A stretch of DNA of 64,000 nt from Podarcis liolepis (Eukaryota). Each line of letters starts with the position of its first letter. The first letter of the stretch is position 1. The notes under the pieces are model-generated. The model searched no databases. It was not told the origin of the DNA and saw nothing but the letters and a program-made list of their open reading frames with translations. The stretch lies in the NCBI GenBank assembly GCA_965112155.1, contig OZ218107.1; one strand, written 5' to 3'. Shown one piece after another: positions 25,256 to 37,799 of the stretch. The position numbers were made by a program, and so were the translations under genes.

Positions 25256-27675
25256 TACCCCATCCTCACAATGCTGGGATAAAGAAAAATAGAACCTTGC
25301 TGCAACTGTGTTACATCAGTGACATAATTTCACATGGTTCCTAAAGCTAAAGTAGAGCAAGCCATCTCAGCAAAGGAACACATTGGCCTGCTTTTCAAAT
25401 ATGCTGATCCTTTCAAAGGCAATGAGCCCTGCAAGTGACTCTGTGCACTTGCAAATAATAATCAGCAATTTTTTAAACGTGCAATTGCCCCTGAACCTAC
25501 AGCTGAGTGTTTTTCCCTTATTTACAGCCCAGGTTTTGTTCTCACTGGGAATGACTGCAATATTAATTAATGCTAGCCATTCATTACGGAAGTCAATGAA
25601 GTTAAAGGAGAGAGAAAAACTAGACGAAATTGTTTCTGATAAGCACAAAAGGTTGTCTAAGGTGACCACACTGTGAGGTCAGCACAGCAGAGGTGGGGAG
25701 GAGCAGGAGGCCTGGAAGCGTAACCCCTCCAGCGAATTAGTGGAGGGGTCAGGGTGAACGAGACTCATTCAGCTTAAGTTGGAGGGCAGCCAGAAAAGCA
25801 GAGGTAAGAGCACAGACAGGCACTTAAGGTTTTAAGGCTGGCTATCCTTGGCCCAGGCCTTTCCTACTTGCCTGTGTTTTTGTTGGCAGACTTAACATCC
25901 CCCCCCCCCCCGCAAACCTGCATTGTAGGGTATAGAATTATCACACTCCTGAGCAAGAAACATAATGTACAGTGGGGAAGAGGAAGGATGTTATGGAACT
26001 TATCTTGTTAACTGTTCATTTATACAAGAGTCATGCAATGTGTGCATTAGCCTGAACCATAACCCTTGAAGGTGGGGCCTGATTCAGAGGGACCATGTGT
26101 ATTCTGCCACTTATCCAGCCTATGACATGCCATGGCATTCAGGAAAGACAAAACTAACCTAGAGGTGCCAGGAGACCAGCTCTGCCACAGGGAAAGGGAA
26201 AAAGGAACATTAAATCAGCATCCCAGCATGTAGCCTGAATTGGTTGGGGGTCTTGCACATCTAGCAAGCCTGCTTTTCCCCCTGTTAATTGTTCTGCCTT
26301 TGCCCACTCCATACTTCCAACAAGTCCAGCCAGCAAAGTTGGCATTGGTACATTCTGAATTGGAGAAATGCAAAGGTTTACACTTTGTGGAAGCCACATC
26401 ACCTTTCTAGTGCCTGCCTGCTGTTTCAATGATGTAAAGGGAGGGATCAGTCCGATTCTGATCTGTGTCAGTTTCACATACGCAACTCTGTTCCACCCTG
26501 TTTTTGCATTAGAATGCAAATTATGAAACTGTACCAATTCATATTTAAGTATACATACTTGACTGTGTTTTCTACACAATAGGTGAATTTCTAAATGCAT
26601 CTTCCCTAAAAAATATTTCATTTTCTTATATTTGGATTCCACCATGACGTACATGAAATTCTCAGAAAGCCATGTTGTCTATCAATGAAGCCTGTAGGAA
26701 AGCATTCTAAATGGCTGCTTTACAGTTGCAAAAACTCCACATTGTGGAAGCTCAAAGTTAAAACCTGAGCCTCTTCCTTAACAGTGTAACTGACATTTTT
26801 ACTCTGGTTTTTTAATTAGTAGTAGCTAACTTGGAATTTGGTATGGATCTTGTTATGTTTTGTAAATTGAAAGTTTTAACATGACTGATACTGCTAATAT
26901 GTACACAAACTCTGAACTGATAATGTAAAAGCCAGCAAACTTAAAAAGTAAAAGCAGTAGATAGCCTTATTACTATTTCTCTGGGTTTTTTACACCAGCC
27001 CCTGTACTGTTTGGGAACAGCTCAAAAATCTTAAGACATATCGCCACATCAAACTCTTCTAGCTACAATGGATTATTTAGCAAAATCTGGGCTTGCAGTG
27101 CTGTAGAATGCAAGGCCCTCTGTGAAGCTGTGATTTTCCAGCTGCTACGGTGTGTGGGAAGCATGTATCTCCTATTTAAATCCAATAATCTAAATAATTG
27201 AGGCTTCAGCAGTCCTACGTTCCAATCCACTTTCTCCAGGCCTGTTGCTCTGTCTTCACATCTTAAGCATTGCAAGATCAGCCTTCTTTTCAGTTCTCCG
27301 ACAGCCCTCCCTTGCCCTTCATGGATGACTCATGCTGTAAGTTGTTGTTGCCCTAAGAGGGAATGACAGCAAGCAGAAATACCAGTGCTGTTGACATTAT
27401 AACCCATGTTCAGGTAGGATCCCTCCCTCTCAAATGACTCAATATTTCAAATTCTCTTAACATGGGAGTCCCCTGTGATGAATGTCTAACCACCACCCCA
27501 CACCCTAGCTTGGGAGAAACTATCCAGGAGTTTCTGGAGACATGTTAGAACTTGGTGCTCTGGCTAGGCTACCAAAGCACTATTGTGACCAAACTTGGTA
27601 TAGTTTGTTACTTAGAGGAAGGCGCTTAACTTGAAGGAAACACTTTTCCTTTTTTAGGTGCTCATAATAGTGGCT

Positions 27676-27911
27676 CCTGCCAACCTAGCAGTTCAAAAGC
27701 ACGTCAAAGTGCAAGTAAATAGGTACCGATCCGGCGGAAAGGTAAACAACATTTCCGTGTGCTGCTCTGGTTCGCCAGAAGCGGCTTAGTCATGCTGGCC
27801 ACATGACCCGGAAGCTGTATGCCGGCTCCCTCGGTCAGTAAAGCGAGATGAGCGCCACAACCCCAGAGTCGGCCACGACTAGACCTAATGGTCAGGGGTC
27901 CCTTTACCTTT
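27676..27911 (+). mobile_element. Sauria SINE, 5'-truncated
   Basis: Matches the 3' two-thirds of 24906-25255. TSD taatagtggct/taatggtggct at 27665-27675 and 27912-27922. Confidence 0.85.
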
Positions 27912-29014
27912 TAATGGTGGCTTCTTAAGTGCTGCATGACAAATACTGTACATTCTTTACAAAATACTGGTTTTCTAACCATTGCATGCAGCTACAATCA
28001 ACACTCAAGCAACATTGAAACCATCATAATACACTTTGCACACGTCAGAACAACAAATCCTGAAGCACTGGGCCAACTGAACACTTAAAACAGTCTGCCA
28101 CAAGAAGCCCCTAGTGATGATTGCTACTGCTACCGAAAAAACCAGTTTTGTTTAATCCAGGAATAAGGGCAGTGTTGCGGATCCTAGTTGATTTCTGGAC
28201 ATGTCTCACCTTACAGGCTAGCAGGGGTAGTAGTATTACAAAACTCCAGTGCAACATTATTTTCTGAGTTCTTGGTTGGCATAGCATTATGTAGTAAAAT
28301 GCTTTCATTTTATTCATATAATTAGGGCACTTTTTGTAATTTTGTTACGGTTAACTTTGCATGCTCCGGTAATCACTAGCACTTGTCATGCTGCCATGTT
28401 TTAAATGCTATTTGGAAGCAAAGCGAGTATTTTCGCAAACCCCTCCAATTGCATTTACCAATAGCATTTGGAATAACCAATACACTTAAGGGTTTTCTTA
28501 TATAAGGCAGAAATTTTAGAAAATGTTGGTATCCTTTAAGATAGGTGTTGCCTCATACACCCGACTTACTTCTAATACACAAATGTTAAGTCAAATTTCA
28601 CTGAATTCAGTCAAATTTACTTCCACATAGAAACATTGTGGTAGAAACGTAGTCCAATTAAAGATGTAATAGCCAGGAAAAGATCATGGTGCTAAACAGC
28701 ATTTTCTGCTTTATATACGGCTTCCAGTGGCTTCCAACCATACTTTGGGAGATTTCATTGTTGCAACATTTCCAGTTGTCATCCAGGTGGCTTTCAGCAG
28801 GTATCAGTCACGTCTGGTCTGTGCTGTTTCTGCAGTGAGCTCCTCACTCACCCTGGGGATGTCTCAAAAGAGCTGAGCCTGTCTTCAGGACATTTACTTT
28901 CTGGCTTTACACTACTGCACCCATCTGGAGAAATGTCCCTCCCAATCCCCCCAAAATCTATTTCCCACCCTTACAAACCCTTAGTGCCCTTGCACAAACA
29001 ACAGGGACAAGAGG

Positions 29015-32000
29015 CTATTATATATCATGCTTTTAATACAAACTTAAAAAAATCTGGAACAATAGAAACTGTACAGATTTGATCAACCTTTGTTTTTTTT
29101 TAACTAAATCTCTAGACACGCCAATGTCCTGTTCCAAAATATTGCACAACATTCTGAATACAAAACTCTGATTGTATTCCTCCTTCGCTAGAGAAAAAAG
29201 AAAGAAAAATAATGAAAACCCCCTCTGGATCCCTACTCAATGGCCCCCTGCATGTAAGAACCAAAAAACCAAACAAGAACAGCATGGACCTCTGCATTAA
29301 AAAACATACATAATTCTGTCCTCTTTGTGTCCATCCATACTCCAAGATCACACGTTGCTGATTCGCTCTTCAAAAAGGGTCAGGAAGGAGGGAAGCGAGG
29401 GGAGAAAAGGAGCTTTCACTGCTGCTTTTTTAAAATTTTCCTGAAAAAATATTTTTTTCTCTCTCCTCTAAGAAAAAATCTTGAAAAGAAAAAAGTTCAA
29501 TTTTTTTTACGTTAGAAATATACATATATTATATATACCTCTTACATTTTACAAATGTAGCAAATTATTCAATATAAACGGACAACAAAAAAATTAACAC
29601 AAACCCATAAAAATAAAAGTTAAAAAAAATCTCTTTTTCTTCCTAAGAAACCAGGTAAATTAGTGCAGGTTTTAAAAATAAAATTGAAGCTGAACGTCTA
29701 ACTCTTGAGACAACAAGACCAAAAAAGAGGCCGTGAGTTTCATTGTCGCCAGCACTGGAAATGCTTCTGAAGCACGGTATGTGTTCCTTTAGGAAATACA
29801 GAGGTTGGTCCTTCCCCTTTTCCTCCTTATGAACGCAGACTTCTTTTCAAAAAGCAGTTAACAGGATAAAGCAGTGTGAAACATCACATGTTGCAGGTGC
29901 TAGTGAGGTTCTCTCCCTCCCTTCAATATACTTAAGCCTGAGAAGGGTACATAACCCCACCCAAGGCAGTGGCTCAGGGCAGCTTTCTGCTGCATGTGGA
30001 AGTTCTCGGCGGAGATTATGCTGGGCAGATAGGGAGCCAGCAGCTCTCCTAGGGAGGAAGTCCAGTGTAAAAGCATGGCAGTCTACAGTACATGTTGAGG
30101 GGAAAGAAGTGGGTGGCAGTGGTAATGTTGGGAGTGGGGGTGGGGGGAAGACAAACAAACGTGTTTACTGAAGAGGTCTAACGTGTCTTGTTCAGGTTTA
30201 GGACTTCTAGCTTCATGAAACTTCACCCATCACATTACTGCCCAATAGTATCTTCCCTCCTCAACCCCTTAGTGGCTCACAGAAAACAGGCAGAATGCAA
30301 ATAAGTTTTTTCTTTTTTAGTGTCCTTTTCCTCAGCCCAGCAAAGAGGCAGGGGTAAGAAGGGGTACAAAGAAACAAAAAGGGGCTCAACTTGGGGATAC
30401 CTAGAGAAGATCTCATGCATAAGCCACATCACTGTGGCCTGGGCAGGAGACATTTCCCATCAATTTCACCGAATGATCTCTAGTGCATCAGAGTTAGGCA
30501 TCCTTCACAGGAGGACAGATGCTTGTAGCAGTTAAGGCTCATATACAGTCCTACAGGGAATCCTCAGTTTAGCTTAAGTGGAAACGCAAGTCTCCAGGTC
30601 AAGTCACTGGAGAGCTCTAGAATTGTAGCTTATTTATTCAATATGACTTTGCCAGAGAAGGTGCAAAAGCAACACTTTATACACGCTCCAAACCATGCTG
30701 TTTGGGGGTGGGGAGCAGATAGTGATGGTAGAGAGAATATGCCTAGAGTATGTAATCCACAGCCACATCTATGTTATCTCCCCTGAAGCACTCTCTCACC
30801 CCTTATCGCCATAGAGAAGTAAACTTTTGGACTCCGTAATTATCTCACAAGGCATAGATGGGGAAAGGTTTGCCAATCATCTGCCAAAAGAAAAGAAAAA
30901 CTCACTCTTGAAGGCCACTACTGTCCCTGTCTTCCAGGCTGTCCTCTCATGACAGAAAAGGGAGATGCAGGGAATACCATTAGGATTCCTAGTTCAATAG
31001 CAACAATAAGGAAGGAGAGACTCTACATTCTTATCAGAGAACACTTTCTTCTCACCACATGTTGAGCAACATTCTACAGCAAGCCCACTTCATTCCTCAT
31101 GCAGAGTCTCGAAATGGAACAAGTCCAGACTGGACCTGATATGTGGGGCGCTCTTCCGTACAGGAATGCCTGCTTCCTTTCAAATGAAAAATCATAAGGT
31201 TTTTGGTCAGAAGTCTTAAGAGACATGAGATTCAAAGTGCAAACCCTCATGCTATTCATCCAGAAAGCAGTCTGCACTGTAACTCCCTCTTCCCTGCCAA
31301 AAAGTAGTGCTATCATAGTCAAGAGCAGGAAACCATTCTTTCCATGAGAATTAGTAACCAAATGCTCGGCTGTCAACAGAAGAGCTCAGAACCCCATAAA
31401 CCAAGGCAATTGGTCCAGAGGAACATCAATGGGGGCTGCTCAGGCACAAAAAAACCCTGGAAGGCCAGCTCTCACTCCTACCCTTGAAAGAGAGTGCAAT
31501 ATACATGGATCAATTTTTCTCACAAGTCAGAAGTGTTTGCATCTAGAGTCCTATTTATACATCGTAGCATTAGCAGCTGACACGGGATCTAAGCTTCCCA
31601 AAAGAGTACATCTAACTCCAGACTCTTAAGGGGGCTAAGGGGAGAGGAGGTGCTTACAATGGAAAACTGTAAGGGGGGGGGGGAACCTGTCCCAGATGCT
31701 ACAATGCTGCCCCTTCCAGCATTCCCCTGAAGCTAGAGGGGCTAAGGCCTTGCCATCACCAGTTAGCGCAGGAAGAAACAGAAGCTGAGAACTTTGTTCT
31801 ACTCCCATTTTGCAATAGGAATACAAAAACTGAGTTATGAGAAATGAATACATTTGCTCCACTGTCTGGGCCTCTCATCACACATTGAGAAGCCCAGGCC
31901 TACCCTAGGAAGTGCTTGAGACTTCACACATCCAGAAGCCGTCTAAATCATCCCCCATCACTCCAAAACAGGGAGGGGGGGAATCAAGGTATCTGGCTGT

Positions 32001-32341
32001 GAGGGACATGACAGTACCCTGAAAAATGCCATCCTTGCAGTAAGAATATTTGAGAACCAGTTCCAAGAAGCAGCATGGGACATAATATAAAGTGGCTCTG
32101 GCTCCCACCACTGCTGGGCTGGAACAATAACCTTCCTCATTAAGTGTACAACAACGGATAGGAAAGAGCACAGGAAACAAGTTTAAAAAAATAATCAGTG
32201 CTTCAGCAGCGCTTCCTGGCATGACACAACGAATCAGGATTTGTCTCTTTCCAAGAAGCTATATTTATAAGATTTCAAATATTTCTAATTATTTTTTCTC
32301 TTTTTTTGGAAGTTATTTTCCCCAGAATACTCTCAAGGTGG
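29015..32341 (-). other. TOB2: TOB2 3'UTR (~3.3 kb) ending near an ATTAAA poly(A) signal
   Basis: ATTAAA on the minus strand at 29032-29037. The region is repeat-poor, and the U-rich distal block 29030-29800 resembles the mammalian TOB2 3' end as I recall it. Cleavage site is approximate. Confidence 0.7.
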
Positions 32342-33367
32342 TCAGTTGGCCAAAACCACTGGCTGGAACGACTGGCTGGGATACTGCATGGCGTTCAGAT
32401 TGTAGCTGAGTCCTTCCACGAAGGGTGTCTTCTCCAGAAAGAGGCTGTTGGTGCTGCCCCCAAAGACCTGAGCCATGTCAAAATTGCCGCTGCCGCCACT
32501 GGCACTGAATTGGGATGCAGGAGGCATGCCGCCGGCCTGGTTTTCGGTGGCTACACCATCAAAGAAGAGGCTGCTAGCTCCTGGCGATCCACCATTGTAA
32601 ACAAACTCCTTGGCATTGGGGGAGAGCTGAGATTGAGGGGCCGAACTGCCCCCGATGAAGTTCAGAGAATGCATAGACAGGGAGAGACCTTTGTGCTTCA
32701 GCAGGCCATTGGTGGGCGACCTGGCTAGGCGCTGCTGCTGCTGTGGTGGAACCCCTGTGCCACTGGTGGCTGCTCCAGCTCCTCCGCCTTTCTTCATCTT
32801 GGTTGAGCCAAACTTAGTGGCAGCAAAAGTGGCAGTGGTGAAGGTAATGGGCTGGGCAGAGCGAGGGATGAACGTGGGGCTGGGTGACTGGCCAAACGAT
32901 GGGGATGGAGAATTGGACAAGGAGTTGTCCTGGCTGCCAATGGGGACGAACACCTGAGCGTCAGGATTGAAGCTGCTCTTGATCTCCTTGTCCAACTCGG
33001 CTGCACTGCAGCCCTCACTGTCATCTAGATATAGAACCTTGACAGACCCTTTCTCACCAATCTGGTAGGAGACCTCAAATGGGTCAATCCAGACACTCAG
33101 TTCTTCAGGAACATTGGCCCGCACATCCTCTACAGCCAGCCCACTCCGCTTGGCTGCCATCTCGACTACGGGGTCCACCGTCTCCCCAATGTGAACACAG
33201 CGGTAGCCAGAACCCTTCAGGGGCTTCTCTGGGTACCAATGGCCTTCATATTTTTTCTTCAGCAGCCGCTCTAGCTCTTCACCAAACAAGTCGGCCCGCC
33301 TCCGTGGAAGCTTGTTGTACAGATATGAGATGATGAAGTTCAGAGCAACTTTGATCTCCAGATGCAT
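32342..33367 (-). CDS. TOB2: Protein Tob2 (transducer of ERBB2, 2; BTG/Tob family), single coding exon, 341 aa
   Basis: ATG at 33367 gives [54 protein letters not shown] (BTG/Tob domain). Two PAM2 motifs ([23 protein letters not shown]) and the C-terminus [13 protein letters not shown]. The ORF-track extension to 33466 crosses a splice acceptor. Confidence 0.97.
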   Translation of the reverse strand: MHLEIKVALNFIISYLYNKLPRRRADLFGEELERLLKKKYEGHWYPEKPLKGSGYRCVHIGETVDPVVEMAAKRSGLAVEDVRANVPEELSVWIDPFEVSYQIGEKGSVKVLYLDDSEGCSAAELDKEIKSSFNPDAQVFVPIGSQDNSLSNSPSPSFGQSPSPTFIPRSAQPITFTTATFAATKFGSTKMKKGGGAGAATSGTGVPPQQQQRLARSPTNGLLKHKGLSLSMHSLNFIGGSSAPQSQLSPNAKEFVYNGGSPGASSLFFDGVATENQAGGMPPASQFSASGGSGNFDMAQVFGGSTNSLFLEKTPFVEGLSYNLNAMQYPSQSFQPVVLAN

Positions 33368-33453
33368 ACTCCCTTCACAGCAAGCAAGGTAGGGCAGTAT
33401 ATTAAAAATAGACAGCGGACACAAACATAGACGGATTTTGGCTCCAAACAATT
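33368..33453 (-). other. TOB2: TOB2 5'UTR portion of the coding exon, with splice acceptor
   Basis: Minus strand reads ctctttgtctttttcag|AATTG: pyrimidine tract plus AG at 33454-33455, 86 nt upstream of the ATG. Confidence 0.75.
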
Positions 33454-35414
33454 CTGAAAAAGACAAAGAGAAATGAAATGTAAGGTGGAAATGTTGTATC
33501 TTTAATACTGTTGCAGCACAATAGTTATACTTTTAGTTGCAGAAACCGATTCCTGAGAATTCAACATCTTAACTGGCAATAATAAATAAAAGACTGTGCA
33601 AAGTGCATTTGCACCTTGACGATTGTAAAGAAGAATATCCCTTTATGCGTTTAACACATACACATTTCTCTGGTTCATTTCTCTGGTTCTCTGTCAAACA
33701 TTATTATTTATTAGTTTATCTCTAGACCACTCACCAGCCAAAAATTGCAAGGTGATATACAACATAAACAGCTGTAAAACTACACAATAAAAAATATGAT
33801 AGATCCTTTTAAAAATCACATTAAGTTAAATGTTATAAAGTAAATCAAACCAGCAAAATATACACCCTTGGAGTGCCTGAACTTCCTTCAAGAGCCTCAA
33901 TAAATAAATAAATATGTATTTTTTAAAGTGCCTAAAATTGCTAAGGAGATCAACTGCACCTCCAATGGGAAGGATTTTCATAACTGGGGTGCCACTAAAG
34001 AGAGGTGTTGCTATCTGGACAATGCCATTGATAGCACCACTAGCAGAGCTTTCATGTAGTTGCTACTGTCTTAATGAGTCAAAGTTTCATTTTAAGACAC
34101 TGTGCAAAGCAGATCAATACATTTCAAAAGACAGAAACTAGTTTAGTGGTGATTCATCCCATTGTAACACCAGCGATCCTTGACACTGTAATATTAAATA
34201 TATAACAAAAAGCTGAAAAGGTGTTTCTTCTGAAAATAGCTTCAGAAGGTCAACTCAGATAAACAGAAGATAATCCTGGATGGAACTAGCAGTAGCTTCT
34301 GATCCCAAGTGATATAAAAACAAGGCATACGTTCATCAGGAAGACTCAGGAAGGTTAGTACTATGTGGCCTGGAAGAGAACTTTAGGTCAGGCTTTCCCA
34401 ACGTGCTGACCTCTAATGTTTTGGTGTACAACTCCCATCCATCACTGACCACTGGCCAGTGATGAAGCCCAAAACACCTGAAGGACAATAGATTATGGAA
34501 GACTGACTTAGGTTCGCAAACACCAACTTTTCTTCTTTATCCCCCAGGTTTTTTTTACTAACATTCTAGGAGACCTCCAATCATCACTCATTCTATTAAA
34601 TACAACTCTAAATGCCCCAGAAAAAAATAACAGAAAATGAAGGATATTTAAAAAGAAAGCTGTATGTATTATCTTGGCAGCTTAGCAGGATAGAGACTAG
34701 CTTTTTGCTTCCTTAGGATCACCTATAACATGTGCCTACTAAAAAGCAAGGGCAAAGGATACACTCCAAACTTCTGGCATATATGTCAAACTGCTTCTTC
34801 TGGTGTGGTGTTTGGAGCTAAGAAGAAATCCTAGCTTATCCTGAAGAAGGGACAAAGAAGGAACTAACTACAGCATTAGGAACAACCAAGGAAGCTACTG
34901 GATAAGTTTCCATCTTACGTGCCATTTCTGAACATTTGTGTCAGCTTATCTGCCTACAATGTTTGAAACTGCCCTGGTGTATGAACAGCTGGAATTAGAC
35001 AAAATTGTGTGAAAGAAGGAATTAGCACACAATGACTGTACAAACTGTACACAGGTAATATACTGAATTTTCTACCAGAAGATGTAGTGATTATAGGTGG
35101 TGATTCCTTAAAACCAGGGTTGCAGTCGCCAAAAAGAATGCCTGGTTGCCATTTTGGGGCCAAACAGCTTGAAAGTTGTGTTTTTCAAAATGATTTTTTG
35201 GTTCCTGAAATTCATTTTGATTGTGCAAATAAAATATAATGGATAGAATTCTACAGGATGTGTTGCAAGTGTGTGAAAACATTCAAGACCCAAGGATTCC
35301 CAGGCATGCATCTCCAGATGAAGATGGCAGGCACCATCCTGGCGCCCGGGCATCTTCACCTGGCTGCAAGTGGCTGATAGCCAGCTGCAAAATGCACCTG
35401 GCAAATTTCAAACA

Positions 35415-35670
35415 CTGGCCACCACCAGTATTTGAGAGAGTAGACAGATTCATGGAAAGCAGCCCCATCAATGGCTACTAGTCATGATGGCTGTATGCTG
35501 TTCTCCAGGATTAGAAGCAACATGCTTCTGAAAGTTGCTGGGGAACAAGAGCAGACTATTGGACTTATGCTGTATTTGTTCCCATAAGCATCTGGTTGGC
35601 CACTTTAGGAAACAAACTGGATTTGATGGGTCTTTGGTTTGAACCAGCAGGACTTTGTGTTATTGTGTTT
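35415..35670 (+). mobile_element. CR1 LINE 3' end remnant
   Basis: gacagattcatgga...atcaatggctactagtcatgatgg...gcatctggttggccact...gatgggtctttgg, a typical squamate CR1 3'UTR. Confidence 0.6.
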
Positions 35671-37799
35671 CACTAAAGCGTTAAAAAACAAAACTCTGCA
35701 TTAAGTATGTCCACAGAAACCTGCCGATTCTATGCCTGCTATATTATCAAGTTGCAGCAAATAACAGAAGAGCTCTCTTTAAAAATTCCTCTGAATAGTT
35801 GACCATGGCCTGACCGCTAACAGCACAGCCCAAGACCTTGGAGCTTGTTTTTCAGGAGTTACTAAACCGTGAGAAGTTTTATCACAGCTATTTGAATGTG
35901 CTTCTTAAAATGGAAATTGCCACAGGAGAAATTTGAGTAAGGCAAATTTCTGAAAGGTCAACTAGAAGCAGAACATTTTCAAGCTAGGCAGTCAAACAAA
36001 CTCTTTAAGATGGAGCCTTCCAATGGATTTCTGGCTAAAGAACTATTGTTAAAGCAATGATCCTCAAATTTCTCCCCCCCCCCCAGAGCCCCTGCGGGTC
36101 TTGGCAAACCCCTAAATTCTGTTTATGCCTCTTGCAGCAATTATAATTATTTTTAATTTTATTATTACATTTGCATACTACTATTTGTCCAAAGATCACA
36201 GGGCAGTTCACAACAGAATGCACTGTGCTAAATACTGTATGATTTTTAATTGTATTTTTATTGCTTCTTCTTTTCTTATATTGTTATTTTGTTGTACTAC
36301 AATTTGAATTTCATAGGATTCTATAGAATTCCGTCACCAGCATGCTGTGGAACACCTGAATGATATTCAGTTTGGGAACCCCTACCATAAATCACACAAT
36401 CAGCTTGGAACAGAAGCTCATGTGCAAGTTCAACCCACACCACCCTCAGTAAACAAATAGGCTTACTTCTGCGTTTATTCCACATATAGCAAAGTTTCAG
36501 TCTGCTGTACTGAAAGCTTAGCAAACTTGAGAGGGTAATACATGACTGGCATTAAGAGACCTTATATTTCTATAAGGATGCCACATTTTGGAAACTAGCT
36601 ACTATAATTCAGATCTGATTGTATTTCTTTCTTTCTAAAGGGACGCAAGTATGTTTTCAGGAAATAAACTGTTTTTGCTTATGTACATGCTGGATGCCTT
36701 GGTCAGAATATTAAGTTACGGCTCACTTCAGAGTAATTATGCACAGGAGTAAATACCACCAAGTTGAAAGGGACATACTTGCAGTTAAGTGTACAAAGGA
36801 TTGCAACCTTCAGACCTAAATACCACTGTCCTGATTGAGGGGTGCTCTTTCATAGTATAGCTTTAAGACAGGCATCTACAGCTGGAGAATGGAAAGACAG
36901 GCGCTCTTTCTCTCTCAGGGAAATGAAAGGAATGTATTACTTTTCTTCAAGCAGAACTTTGATGGTTGTCAGTCTTCAAAGATAGTACGAAAAACTACAG
37001 ATATCTAATCTATATCTTTGGATATACCATGCTGCATTTATCACTACAATGATAAATTAAACGTTTGTGTTATAGCATCTATACAAATAACAATAATCAA
37101 ACACTAGCTGACCCACATAATTTAGCACAACAGTCTAAATTATTTTAGAAAAAAGGTCCACCAAGGAATATAAATCTAGCTTACATGTCAACAAAATAAG
37201 CTTTATATCCATCAGGATTCAGTAATCCCTAGGCTGTTAATATGGCAACCTACACAGGGGACGACTGCAGGTGGCAAAGCATAACAGTCAATACGGAATC
37301 CCTTGTTTTCTCTGCAGAACTTCATCAATAAAGGTGCACGTTACCTCAGGACTATGGTTCTGAAAATGTCAGAGGCAAGTAGCAATTTATTTTGCACGAG
37401 ACAATTACAAGCACATGACACAATGTGGAATAATGAGCTACACGACATTTGCCTATGATTCGATGCAAGAACAATCTCTGGCATTAGGGCATAATGTCTC
37501 AGTAATACAGGCATTGTCAAGGTCCATCACTTGCACATGAGGAAATTCTACAGTGGTCCAGTCATATTGAGTAAATACTTTAAATAATGACCTTGTTAGC
37601 TAGGTTTCTGACCCTTACACAAAATACGGCAATTATTGGGGGGAGGAAAGCGGTACGACGCTGGCTTCATAAAGCCATCATTGCTTTATCCCCAATATAA
37701 ATCAGAATCTTATAATAGTCTCCTAACATTTGATTGCAAGCCACACCCAAGCAAAAGAGCAACCTTCGATTCAGTTGACCCCACCTCACCAATGCACCC

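Noticed and set aside
33368-33466. 33-aa N-terminal extension of TOB2 in the ORF track
   Set aside because: Starts at a non-ATG codon inside the intron and crosses the acceptor at 33454; the conserved protein starts at 33367.
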